Made by a program: the position numbers and the translations under genes
Notes under the pieces: generated by a model
What the model saw: the letters and a program-made list of their open reading frames with translations, nothing else
What the model was told of the DNA's origin: nothing
Database searches by the model: none
Assembly (NCBI GenBank): GCA_028023455.1
Contig: JAQFVV010000010.1
Coordinates: forward strand, 7,812,001-7,876,000
DNA length: 64,000 nt
Reading direction: 5' to 3'
Source of the DNA: Epiperipatus broadwayi
Taxonomy: Eukaryota > Animalia > Onychophora
In this document: positions 28,324 to 40,725 of the stretch, one piece after another
Layout of the letters: the number at the start of each line of letters is the position of its first letter
How positions within the stretch are numbered: the first letter of the stretch is position 1

Positions 28324-30941
28324 TGTTTTTATTATATAATCTGCTTGCGCTTAATAAATAAATATATTTAAAGTGAATTATGTTCAGGTATTATCTCTCA
28401 CATCTCAATAGAATGATCATTAAAGACATTCTATCATGCATATTCTTTTTATTGTATTATCTTTATATTTAAATACAAGTACTAATTTCATTTAAGCTTT
28501 AATTTATTACTAGTTATATAACTGTTGCTCTGAGAAATGTGTTCAACTTTAAAAATCCTATTAACAACAAGGCTCTTACAGTGTAGTTTTGAAGTACTTA
28601 GACTGGATTTTTTTTTTTCCATTTCAATAACTTTTTATTTATTATCAAGTTATTTTTTGTTTATATTCTTTATTACAATTAATGTATCTGTTTGCTATAC
28701 TCCTCATGTAGGATTCAAATTTGAGCTAAAGAACTGAATTTTTTTTTCAGGTTTCAAACCAGTTTGGATTTTTCTTTTATTAGTTGGCCCATAGCTAATT
28801 CAGCTATCATTCAATTGTTGATCAGTAAATGGGCATTTATCTATTTTTGGTCAGAGGGTAAAATATAAAGTTGAATGAATTGATTAAATTATCACCATTG
28901 TGGCTATTTAAAGATAGAATTATCTTATATGATGATGTTTTATCATATCCACTGATTTTTCTTTTTTTTTGGGGGGATAGCTTTCTGTTATAATGTTAAC
29001 AGCATTGATTTTTTACAACATTGTATTAATATTCCATGCCTATTAGATATTCTTTATGGAATTTAATTAAAATATAATATATAAAAATTAAATTTTATAT
29101 TTATACAATATATTATGCAGTGTACATTTATTTCTAATATATACAGTTATGGCACTAATTATTATAACTTTGATTATAGATAATAAATTTATTTAAAGCT
29201 TAAATTTATTAGTTGAATAAACTTATACAGAATATTTCTTTAATATTTATCTTTTAGAGATTTAATGTAAAATTGTTAGTCACATATGAACTGTTCAAAT
29301 GATAATTAAATAGTTAACCTTTATAATGTCTGATTTTCTTTAATTACAATTGCAATGTTTTGTTTCAGAGCTCAGGGTTAAAATCAGAGGGTAATATGTG
29401 TGGTTTTGTTTATATAAATTACTCAATCCATCTCATTTTCTCATAAAGATTGTAAGTGAAAAAACCTTGTCTTAATAATCTCTAGGGTGGACATTCTCCG
29501 ATGGTTCAATGATTAATTAATGAATAATTAAGCAGGGTTAAGATGAGAGTATGTAGTTAACTATATCAAAATTACAAACACGAGTAGATAACCACCATAT
29601 ATTCAGAATTATGACAGACTGCATGCTTGGAATATGAAGCATAGTGCTAGGTTATAAACAACAAAAAAATATATTCAATGATGAAGTATGCTCACTGTGG
29701 CTAAGTTCTATCCAAGAATTAAATTGTATTAGAGGGTTATATAAAGCAGGAATGAATGTCTGCTCCTATAATTAATGTTGTCTAATATTCAGAAAATTTG
29801 AGTTAGGTCTGCCCCACATTTCTCCTACTCACAATTTTTATTTTGGATCAAAATGTAAAAGTGACTTATGTACATGTTATGTATTAAAAATTAAGTGAAA
29901 TATAACCTATTATTGATGATGATTGTTTAATCACTATCAGTCTTTAGAGAAATATATAAGCCACCACACATGTATAAACTATAATAATATGAATGTAGGG
30001 AGTAAAGTACATTAACTCAGCAATATTAAGCAATTCATGGATGATGCATATCATTGGAGTTCATCATGAAAAATACAGAAATTTGTAAATCAAAATATTT
30101 TATATATCTCACTTTAATATTAGCTGCAAAACTAATGGAATTTTTTAAATAAGAAAAATTGTATTTAAATTGGCTTTTTTAAAATCTGTTTATTCTTAAG
30201 ATATTGTACATAACTATAAAAAAAAAAATAACATAGTTAATTTAATGGCTATATCTTTAACAAGTTCTTTATATTTGAAGTCATTTGCATCACTATTTTA
30301 TAATTTATATACTGATTCTACTATATCTTATAAATATTTTATAAGAATTCAAATCATTACATTTAAAAATGTAATAATATAGTGAATTCTATAAATGAAT
30401 TTTAAATAAATTTTTGATAGATATTTAAAAAATTAACCCAAATGACAATTTATTTTGAAAACTTAATCTCTTTTTTGGTTTTTAAAAATATTTAGTTAAT
30501 TTGACTTAATATTATAAATAATAATAAAAAAAATCTTATATGAAATTTTACCTTTGTTGATGACATTGATCACATGCGCACACACACACAAAATAACATT
30601 AATAAATAGAAAGGCTTTTAAAGAGAATATAAAAATTTACGTTCTTCCAAAGATTAGAATCATACTCCTTATACCATACAAACAGAAAATTCAAGCTTCT
30701 ATCCTGACAACAGAAGAGCATGTCAAACAAAAATCTTAACTAAAATGTTCATTTCTGAAATGCAAAAATTAGAAATTTGATTATAAAAAAATAAAGTCGT
30801 TAATTTTTATGAAATCTGAAAAATTATATATAAATATGTATAGTAAATAATAAAACATTTCATTAGCACAAAATATAAAATAATTTTACAAAGTGAATTA
30901 GTTTTCAGATCAAATAAACTATCACCAAGGGTTGATTATTA

Positions 30942-31057
30942 TTTTTTTTTTTCCCATATGTCATAGCATCGGCCAGGAGGTGAACCCACAACCATATGCA
31001 ACCAACTACTTGCTTGCAAGGCGGCTGCGATAACCTTTTGACTAACAACGCTGGACT
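30942..31057 (-). mobile_element. tRNA-Gly-derived SINE, subfamily B
   Basis: Matches 53143-53252 and 60651-60761, with the internal AAGTAGTTGGTTGCA extension; poly(T) on plus; TSD TATTATTT. Confidence 0.8.
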
Positions 31058-31612
31058 ATTATTTGATTCAAAAACTGATTTACTTTGCAATAATTTTTTT
31101 CTATTTTAGCACTAGCATAGTGGTGCTTTATTTAATTTATATAATATTAAATATGGAAGATCTTATAAATATATTTATTCATTGCAAGACTAAAAGCTCT
31201 CTGACAGTTCTATGCTTATAAAGAACTACTGAAAGAGTAATTGTTTTTGCATTTTTAAAATTATTCTACCTGGATATCTATTTTCCAACCAGTATTGTTG
31301 TGGCTAATTATTTTGACTATTACCTGACAAAAAAAAAATCTAAGCCTGATTGTAATTTGAAATATATATATATATTGAGTAGCACATACTTATATTCTGA
31401 GATTGGATTTTTTCTATTCTAGGTATATTTATGATTTTTCACCATATGTCTAATCTGATCATCAAAATAAACCATGACACAAGTTCTCTATCTTATTAAT
31501 AATTTTTATTAGTCATTCATTAGATTAGGGATTATCCACTTAATGAATAATATTTCTATAGTGTAATCTCCACCATACTACTCTCATGCAAGGCAGGGAC
31601 TGGTTTCTAGGT

Positions 31613-31743
31613 ACTTTTAAAACCTTGTGAAGGGATGTAATCATAAATATGTGAAAAAGAAGTATAATCCCCCAAGATGCATATCCTTTTCACATCTTTG
31701 GTCATATGTTTATGATTACACCCCTTGATAAGGTGTTAAAAGT
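31613..31743. repeat. Fold-back element related to 6332-6529
   Basis: ACTTTTAA..CCTT..GAAGGG.TGTAATCATAAA vs TTTATGATTACACCCCTT..TAAGG..TTAAAAGT; shares (C/T)TTTTCACAT...TGGTCATATGT with the 6.3-kb element. Confidence 0.75.
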
Positions 31744-32781
31744 GAATAGTATAATTAACTTTGGATAGGTAGGTGCAATCTCTTGCTCCTTATTAATACA
31801 GCCTGATAATTAAAACTAATTTTGGAGATCCAATTGAAATTACCATTTAGATGTCCAGTGATTGCTCATTCTTACATAGTTGGCTTTAAAGAAATTGATA
31901 CAGAATTAGTTGCTAATGTTAATTCTGTCTAATTATCATAATACCAAAAATAGTTGGGAAAAAGTTTTTATGCAATCAGTTATTACATCTGTTGATATAC
32001 ATATAAAAGAAGTTATTATTAACAAAATATAAAATCGGTTTGATAAAAGGTCAAAATATTTCATGGAACTATTTCCAGAAGTAAATGAATTAATATATTT
32101 TACTGTCTTATTTTGTAAAATAAACTGAAATAAGATTACATTCTATCATACATAATTGCAGATATTTTTTTATTTTATTCAATATGCTATACCATAATTG
32201 TTAGAATTTTTTTAAAAGAAACAAAACAAATTGTTGAAATAAACACATGGGTGAATCATTTTAATATATGTCCTTTGCTAAAGACAGTTTAAGTACTAGC
32301 TGCCATCTTATTATTAAAAGAAAAATTGCAAAATAGTCTATAAAATAAATATTTCGTTAGGAGTCAAATACCTTCAGTCTGATAATTTTGTATTGCATAT
32401 TCTATTCAAATATTAAGTTTCCATGGAAAGAGTTGATTAACACTGTTATAATCCATTATAGATAAGAATTAATAGCATGATTGATCAATAGATACCATTG
32501 AATATGATGGAAGAGAAACTTATCCAAATAAAGTAAACAAAGCAAGATATACATTTAATGAACCTGCAATAAGATTATTTGGTAATTATAACATAATCAG
32601 GCTTGGCCACTTGATGGCATTGTTGGCAGTCAAAAACAATACAATACAATGTTCAGGACCGTGTTATATTTTTAAATCAAATCACTGTTTTTTTTTTTTT
32701 TTTGGTTATTAATTTATTGATTGCTATAACTTTTTTCATGCCTTTTTATTAAAAAAGTTGTTTAATTTTAATTTTGTATTT

Positions 32782-33051
32782 AGTAAACGACAACCTTTTT
32801 TTTTATTTTTAAATCGCTGTTTTTGGACAAAGCTGCTACTCTGCGATGTCTATTTAGTGATGTCTTTTGCTTAATTATTGGTAAATGACAACCTTTTTTT
32901 TTATTTTTAAATCGCTGTTTTTGGACAAAGCTGCTACTCTGCGATGTCTTTCGCTTAATTATTGGTAAACGACAACCTTTTAAATCACTGTTTTTGGACA
33001 AAGCTGCTACTCTGCGATGTCTATTTAGCGATGTCTTTCGCTTAATTATTG
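32782..33051 (+). repeat. Three tandem 84-99-bp units inside the TIR element
   Basis: GTAAACGACAACC...AAATCGCTGTTTTTGGACAAAGCTGCTACTCTGCGATGTC...CTTAATTATTG starting at about 32782, 32881 and 32965. Confidence 0.95.
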
Positions 33052-33076
33052 CTTTCTACATAACAAAACAACTGTG

Positions 33077-33108
33077 TAGGGTTAGGTTTAGGGTTAGTTT
33101 AGGGTTAG
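33077..33108 (+). repeat. Telomere-like TTAGGG/TTTAGGG variant run
   Basis: TAGGGTTAGGTTTAGGGTTAGTTTAGGGTTAG. Confidence 0.8.
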
Positions 33109-36100
33109 AGTTCTGTTGTTTGCAATGCTAAAATAAAAGATATCAAAATCGTAACAGTAGTCGGACAAAAGAAAGAAACTCAAACTTTTTTAAACAACAA
33201 CAAACACATATAAATGTCTTATTTACTTATTAAACATGTTTATAATATGTGCTTTCTATGAAATTTACAAAAAATCGTGTATATTTTTATTGGACAGCAG
33301 AAATACTCTGCTTCTGTTGTCAGCAACTGCGGAAAAAGTTGATGGCCATCCATTTTATCAACTACGTGGTATTTCATATGAAAACGAGATTTCGCATGTG
33401 ATATTGGCCGAATTCTTTTTTACCTACCCTCGGCAAGCTTTTACACCTTACACATTCTCTAAACAAGGGTCCGGCCATTTAGAAAATTACTATAAATTCA
33501 TGTTTATTAAATAAATCATAAATACAAATATTGTGTAACGTATATTGTAAAAATTTGACTAATCCAACTAAACACATATATATATCAAACTGTAAATGAA
33601 AGATAAGTGTGTGGATTCACAATATCTGTCGTGAAGCAGAAATAGGCCGTATTATTTCTGCATTACGCATCATAAACGGCCTTCTAATGGAATGGCTAAG
33701 ACAAACATAGATGTTTTCTATAGCCGTAAGTCAGGCCTTGTAAACAGCATTCGTTAGGTGTTTTGGCAAGCCAGAACGCCATCAAGTGGCCAAGCCCGAT
33801 TACGTTATAAGTACCGATTAATGAATTAAGTAATAAAATATTTCTTAGACAAAAAAATCTTCTATTTGTATATAAGGAATTTTAGACTCATTTTTTTAAA
33901 ACAATTTTAACATTGATTATAAACATCAAAAATGCAATTTATAACCTCATGGATAGATTGTGTAATATCTTTCCCTCTATATATATATATTTTTTATAAG
34001 ATTAAATCAGGCCACAAACAGAATTGCAATAAATATTTCTAACTTCTATTATCCTTTTCCAATAAATAGCTTTCATTTATCAGTAGTTACTGTAGACAAA
34101 AACTGAATTTTGCTTCATCCAGTCTTTTGATTAATAACTATAGATAGCTAATAATCTGAAACTTAAATATTGCTTAACATCCATTTTATGTTGTTGCTAA
34201 TTTGCATCATAATATAATTTTTAGATGTCATTATTGTAAACTTTTAAGATTAGATTAAGAGTAATATATATTCATGTATATTGTACTGCAAAATTGTTTT
34301 GATATAATGACATGGCAATTTATGATAGTAATGTAAAAGGATAAACCAACGGCAAATTGTACCTATATGCCTATGTGTTGTAAAAATATGTGAATACATA
34401 TAATCACATTTAATTTTTAATTTTTTACTTATAATCTTATAAGCAAACATTATATTTGTAATATTTTCAGGCTGTTGATACTATTTTTATTACAAAATAA
34501 AGATTAAATGAAAGATATAACTAGTTAGTTTCCAATATAGAAGAAGTGAAATTAAAATGCAGGAGGTATTTATAAAGATTGAAGCAAATGTGACCCAGAA
34601 AAGTTCAGAAATGTTTTCAGAAAATGATTAAAAAACACATATATTTATATAATTAATCAGTTCAAAGGAATGGCATTCATAAAATAATTACTTTTCTTCA
34701 ATCCCCCTTTATCTTATGAATGATTACATCTATTTCAATATCATATCTTCATTATTTTGAGATCATTAATAAATTTGCTTCAATAATAATAATAAACAGA
34801 ATTGCTATTAGTAATACAGCTTGTAATATTAGTACAAAGTGTTACAAATATAAAAGAGTGCATACATATATGTGTATTATTTATGAAATGATCAATGTAT
34901 TGCAATATAGATTAGAGATGCAGTTTAAAAAGATACATAAGAATAACAGTAAACTAAAGTGTTAGGAAATGTAAAAAAGTGATAAAAAAGTTAAAGATAG
35001 GCACTGAAATGCAATAAAATATTAAATTCAAGAATTGTAAATAATACGGATTATATTGCCTTATATCCTTCAATAAATAATTTATTTATTAACTTTCTTG
35101 ATTTTGTACTTTTGATGGAGAAAATTCAAGAATTGTAAGCTATTTTTCTTTAAATGTGTATGTATTTGTTTTTTGATTATATTGATGCAATATTGTGTAC
35201 AATAAATTATTTTGAAAGTTCAGACTGTATATACAGCCATTATGGTAAACAGTTGTTTCCTGTCTCTAAAATAGTACTTGCAATAATGAACAGTATTAAT
35301 AATATTTTAAGGATTTGCTTAAAAGGCTCACAATGTTTCTGTATAGGGAATATTTGTAATTAATATTTTAAAAGCTCAGTAAAAATATATATATCAGAAT
35401 GTAAAAATTATTACTTTATCAGAACCAAAAGTCCTATTTTGGATTATAAATATAGTAGCAAGCTGTATTTTTTCATTTTTGTTCTTAGATTTATTAATAA
35501 CATATGTGCATAATGTTTTGCTAGAAAATACATTATGATTACGACAGACTCTAGGCATATGGTGCTGTGTTCAGTTAAGCTCAGCAATGGGATTGATGAA
35601 CTCTACTTAGGAAGAGTAAAAGAAAATCTCACTTTGATCATTTCAATAGAATTGCTGTGTTCTCCTGTTTCTTGAGTACTAAAACATTATTTGACATTCT
35701 GAGGAACTGGCCCAAACAATAAATGATGGAAACATTGTCAATACATAGTAAAAAGTATTTGTGTGTAATTCTTTTCAACAACACTTAACAAAACATTTTA
35801 CAATCAAAATTCATTATAAAACAATGATTTCTACATTTTGAGATATGTGTATACATTTAGGTGTTCAGATGCTCCCTCAAGAAAAAGTTTATACTTTTCA
35901 ACATACTTTATCTTACATCTGCAATACATAATTTGCAATAAGTACTTTATTGTGTTTGTAAAAACTTAACTAGTTACTTGTATATCATTAAAATTAAATC
36001 AACTTCCTTTGCTTACAGAAAATGAATCGGTTTTGTGAAATGTAAGATAACTGGAGAGAAAAGTGACATTCTGCTACACAGCCATGAATATTGACTTTGA

Positions 36101-36341
36101 GGATTAATCATCATACAAAATAATTATCAATAAAAATAACAGATTATTATAAATGATCAAAAATATAAATTAAAAAAAATTGTGAAAGAGTATTTTTTTT
36201 TTTAATTGATGTATATTTTTTATATATATTTAAAGTTTTGTACAACTTTTGAAAATATGAAATCAAGCAAACAGGATAGCTTCCAAGATGTTTAGGACAT
36301 ATGTTTCAAAATTAAAGTCTGGTCATCTTAATATATATATA

Positions 36342-37110
36342 TAACCATTAGAAACCAGTCAATACATAGACAATCCCAATATAGATAATAATCAAGAATT
36401 TCAAACTGTTGTCAAGGCAACCTCCTTTTAGCAATAGAGGTGGAATCCCACCTCTTTTAATGGTCTCATAAAGATTTCAACTTGACCATAGAGATTGAAA
36501 TTATTGATAGAAAGAAATTTAAATAAACTTAAACAGGTATATATAAGTGTTCTGAATGCAGACTAATAAATAGTCAATTGTAACATTACAAATTGCAATT
36601 ATAATTTTCAAATTGCACCCAAAGTATTACTTAAATAATAAGTAATAATGCTCAAGACTAAATGGGTTATAAGTAACTAGTCAACACTTAGACAATTCCA
36701 ATAGAGATAATAATCAAGAATTTCAAACCGTTGTCAAGGCAACCTTCTTTTAGCAATAGAGGTGGAATCCCCCCCTCTATTAATGATCTCATATATTTAT
36801 AGAGACACTAAAGATTGCAATTTGACCACGGAAATTGAAATTACTGATAGAAAGAAGTTTAAATAAACCTCCTTAAATAGGTAAATATAACCTGTTCTGA
36901 ATGCAGACTAATAAATAGTCAATTATAACATTACAAATTGCAATTATAATTTTCAAATTGCACCCAAAGTATTATTTAAATAAGAAGTTTAATAATGTTC
37001 AAGGTTAAATGGGTTTATAAGTAACCATTAGAAACCAGTCAATACTTAGACAATCCCAATATAGATAATAATCAAGAATTTCAAACTGTTGTCAAAGCAA
37101 CCTCCTTTTT
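36342..37110 (+). repeat. Tandem array of ~340-bp units (about 2.25 copies) within a (TA)n tract
   Basis: Units start at 36342, 36674 and 37022 (AACCATTAGAAACCAGTCAATAC.TAGACAATCCCAATATAGATAATAATCAAGAATTTC); TA runs on both sides. Confidence 0.95.
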
Positions 37111-38586
37111 TATATATATAAACATTAATAAACAAAAAATAGAAAATCTAATTATCAATAAATTTTAACAATACTATATTATCACAGGATTATCAATTTA
37201 TATGATTTTTTTAATAATAAATCATATATTTCTTCTATCTTACCTTTTTACCTCGGAGAAACTTTATGCCTGCTATATTTTTCTTATCTAATAAGCAGTT
37301 CAGTGGAGGGTTTTTTTTCGTTTAAAAAATATATGTAATATGTCTGTTTTGTTTTGAAATCAGAAGTTCAAACTTTTATCAGAAACACACAAGTTTACAT
37401 ATATTTTGTTAATTTTAGTTTTACCATATAGAAGCTTACAACATATTTTTAAATTTAAACAGGAAAAGTCAATGTTTACTGCAATAGAAAATAGGTTTTA
37501 ACTTTTCATTTATACTTCAAATAGATTTCATATATACATTATTAAAAATTATTGTCTAATTTCCTTTAGCTTTTTATTTTCATTTTTCTATTTGATATAA
37601 AATTTATTAAAGTCGATGTATTTCTAACTTAATTAATATAATTATTCTTTATAATGTTTTATTGATGATTGAGATATTTATTTCGCCCTTTTTTTTAATG
37701 CCAAATTAATTTTAGCATGCATTTTCTGAAAATTCTTGGTTTAAAACATTCATTTTCAATGCTTTAATCTTCTTTTTAAATTTTAAGAATACTTAATTTT
37801 TTAAATTATTCAAATGTAATTTGAATTGGACAGATGAGTATATAAATAAATGATAACTATGTGTTTAATGCCCAGAGGATGATAACATTGCTCTTTCTAG
37901 TTGTAAAGGCTGTAATCATATTTTATTCTGTGGTCAATGCATCAATACTCATCTGACCACACCATATTGAAATATATCAAATTACCTATTAACTGACCAA
38001 TAAATAAGTAGTTGTATAACTAGTAGTTTGCTTAGAAATTTTTAGCTACCTGAAAAAATTTTGAAATTCCATTCAATTTGAGTAGCAAATCATAGACATG
38101 GTATGCAAATATACTATTATTACAAAAGAAAATTATTCTTGGATTTTCTTTCCTTTTTTGCCTACAAAAATTGTATCTTTTTTTTCATATATAAAATTCA
38201 TTGAAAAAAAAAAATTGTGAACAATGGTTTAATTTTATTTTTTTATAATTCATAATGTGAAAATTAAAATATTACATCATTGTAAAGATGCATTCAAAAT
38301 TAGAATCTATATAGTTTGTATATACTTATTTTGTTTGTTTGTTTTATAGATATTTACATATAATAATAAAAAATAATAAGCACTATGCTGCATCTTGGTA
38401 CACCCTGTTATTATTTTTCTCATCCCCTTTTGACTTGATAATTTAAAAATAAATAAATATTCAAAAGGCAAGCATTACTTCTATTTGATAACGTTGTTCC
38501 TATATTATGCTTAAAATAAATGCCTTTACTATACTTTTTATTTCATTTTATTTTTTTAAGCATTTTTTAAAGTTTCTTTTTTTTTT

Positions 38587-39444
38587 TCATATGAGAATTG
38601 CTTGATTTCCTGGTCCAGAAGATGACCTTCTATGGTTACGTCGATCTATTTTTGTACCCTCTAAAAGTGGGGAGCTACTAGCACTAGGAATATTATCAAC
38701 ATTCACATTAACATAAGGAGCAGTTTCATCTGGATTATCTAGAGATAAACTAGATCTTTGATCATGAGTTGGTTTATGAGAAGGAGAATTTGTGAGGTCT
38801 GAGGAGCTGCCAGTACACTGTTCATCTGAATAAGCTAGTGGCTTGTTCATTTGAAGTTTATCAAGAGAAAGTAAACTTGGAACATCACGTACTGGGTTTT
38901 TAACACTAGGGCGACTTCTAGCAATACTGGCAGGTGGAGATTTGTTCACTCGATTGGCATTTTTAATAGGAGACTCATTATTTGAGCCTAATTGTTCATT
39001 TGGTAGTCCTGAAAATAAAATTGTATCAGCCCCTTTAGGAATAGGAGGTGCTTCATGTGAAGGCACACTCATATAACCTGCAGGGGTTTTGATTCGGGAA
39101 GTATTTTCAGCAGGACATCTACTATTAATATCATTGTCTATTAAATTCTTTGTCCATTTAACCTGTTTAGGGGAAGTGTTTAATGGTGTAGTAGCCTCTG
39201 GTCCATCTAAAAGTTTATCTATTGATTCAGCACTGGAAGCAGATTGAAGTTCAGTTTTGATAGGACTGATAGGCATTGGGATTAAATAATCAGAAGAATT
39301 AAAGGAAGAAGTTTCTGTTGCATGAGAACGATAAACTTGAAGACATACATCATCAGAGTCAGGAGGACGCATAACTGTGGCATCTCGTTCGGTTGAAGGA
39401 GGACGATGAAACACAGGCAAAGGTGCATTAAGCACATCTGGATC
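38587..39444 (-). CDS. Large coding exon, Ser/Pro-rich disordered region with Tyr motifs (YLIP, YMSV, YVNV); signalling receptor tail or adaptor-like
   Basis: 858-nt open frame with GC well above background; acceptor TTTTATAG|GAT CCA GAT GTG at 39444 (phase 0, DPDVLNAP...). Runs to TGA at 38589-38587; no strong donor found, so the 3' boundary is uncertain. Confidence 0.85.
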   Translation of the reverse strand, partial: DPDVLNAPLPVFHRPPSTERDATVMRPPDSDDVCLQVYRSHATETSSFNSSDYLIPMPISPIKTELQSASSAESIDKLLDGPEATTPLNTSPKQVKWTKNLIDNDINSRCPAENTSRIKTPAGYMSVPSHEAPPIPKGADTILFSGLPNEQLGSNNESPIKNANRVNKSPPASIARSRPSVKNPVRDVPSLLSLDKLQMNKPLAYSDEQCTGSSSDLTNSPSHKPTHDQRSSLSLDNPDETAPYVNVNVDNIPSASSSPLLEGTKIDRRNHRRSSSGPGNQAILI

Positions 39445-39703
39445 CTATAAAATAATTATAATTAATTAACATAATTCAAGTATTATTTATATAATTATTA
39501 CATAGTTTCTATTACTAAATAATTTATATACAAATACATATGTTATATCTAAGGTCAAGTTAGGTGACTTTTCAAAATAGATAACTAAAAATAATAATAT
39601 TAAATAATAATTAGGCAAATGGCTGAAGGATTTAAATATGATTAACATATCTTAATTTAAATATTCTCATCAGTTGCCCCAATGGATAGAATAATCTGCA
39701 TGA

Positions 39704-39764
39704 GATAAGAAAACTTTCTGGAATAATTTCTACTAAAGAAATTATTCCAAAAAGTTTTCTTATC
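39704..39764. repeat. Small hairpin, 27-bp arms
   Basis: GATAAGAAAACTTTCTGGAATAATTTC-tactaaa-GAAATTATTCCAAAAAGTTTTCTTATC. Confidence 0.85.
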
Positions 39765-39788
39765 TATGGAATAATTTCTACTAATCAA

Positions 39789-39860
39789 GCGTTGGTGGCT
39801 TTGTGGTTAGCATAATTGCCTTACAAGCAGCTGACCCGGGTTCGCTTCCTGGTCAACACT
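39789..39860 (+). pseudogene. Retroposed tRNA-Gly(TCC)-like sequence, anticodon position reads TAC
   Basis: GCGTTGGTGGCTTTGTGGTTAGCATAATTGCCTTACAAGCAGCTGACCCGGGTTCGCTTCCTGGTCAACACT closely follows metazoan tRNA-Gly(TCC). Acceptor-stem mismatch and T-loop A>C. A-rich tail; 15-bp TSD AATAATTTCTA(C/T)TAA at 39770-39784 and 39881-39895. Confidence 0.8.
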
Positions 39861-40570
39861 TTGACATTTAAAAAAATAATAATAATTTCTATTAAGGAAA
39901 AGCTGTTGTCCTTCATCATGTGGGGTGCTCAAGTTCCAATTTGATCTACTATATGAGCAAACAAATAATACTGAAATTTTAATTTTTAGTTTTAAATTTT
40001 CAATACTAAAAAAAAAAATGGTGTTTTAAAAATAACAGAATTAGATTTATTTTTTTATTTGTTTTATTGGGTTTTTTTTTTTACATTCTATATTCACAAT
40101 AATTCATCAGTAAGATTATGTTTACCAGTAGTAAGATTATTAAAATTTTAATATCTGCTATATCTCTTAAGTTACTACTACTTAGTCAATATTGTTAAAA
40201 ATCAGATTTTTAAACAGTAAAACACCATTAATTTCAAAATGTCTGTTTTTAGGACTTCTTCAAATTTGTGAATTTTTCATATTTCAAGAATAGACTTTTT
40301 TATCCTCTTATTATAAACTCACCATCTTCCAAAATAGAAAACAATCATGAATTTTATTGTATTTGGCCTTACAAATTGATAATTATTTATTAGTTGTTTT
40401 TCTTTAATTTTGTTTGTAAATGTTTATACAAACTAATTTATTTACTATAAAAAGTTAAAGATCACCTTTGAAATTTTGTTGGATAACAAAAGTTTTTGAA
40501 TTATAACTATTTGGATGAATGGTATTCTATTTGTATTTAAAATTCAGGAATTTTAAATATATACATTTTT

Positions 40571-40725
40571 AAAAACAGGCAAAACTCTCCATACAATAGT
40601 GCCATTCAGTGCCAACCAGAGTAATCAATGGATTCCAGAAGGCACTGAGTGGCACTACTGTATGGAGAGTTTTGCCTGTTTTTATAACAGTTATATGCTA
40701 ATAAGAAATGGTGATCATGTGACAA
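40571..40725 (+). mobile_element. Internally deleted copy of the HHR-palindrome family (HHR lost, ~43-bp arms kept)
   Basis: GGCAAAACTCTCCATACAATAGTGCC...GGCACTACTGTATGGAGAGTTTTGCC + tail ending GGTGATCATGTGA. 10-bp TSD ATACATTTTT at 40561-40570 and 40726-40735. Confidence 0.85.

Larger units (their letters stand above)
32576..33820. mobile_element. Non-autonomous TIR element (~55-60-bp imperfect TIRs), superfamily unassigned
   Basis: Left GGTAATTATAACATAATCAGGCTTGGCCACTTGATGGC vs right GCCATCAAGTGGCCAAGCCCGATTACGTTATAAGTACC; interior is CpG-richer with tandem repeats; no clear TSD. Confidence 0.7.

Noticed and set aside
28751-28858. Plus-strand exon-like segment (TTTTCAG...GAGG|GTAAAA) with one open frame
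   Set aside because: No partner exons or homology; lies antisense inside the presumed gene.
32782-33051. CRISPR-like repeat array
   Set aside because: Units are contiguous 84-99-bp tandem copies without unique spacers; eukaryotic context, no cas genes.
34000-35400. Possible piggyBac-like remnant (LFFDYIDA)
   Set aside because: Single weak motif; no TTAA-bounded TIRs found.
39789-39860. Functional tRNA-Val(TAC)
   Set aside because: Gly-type body, stem mismatches, mutated T-loop A, A-rich tail and TSD indicate a retroposed pseudogene.
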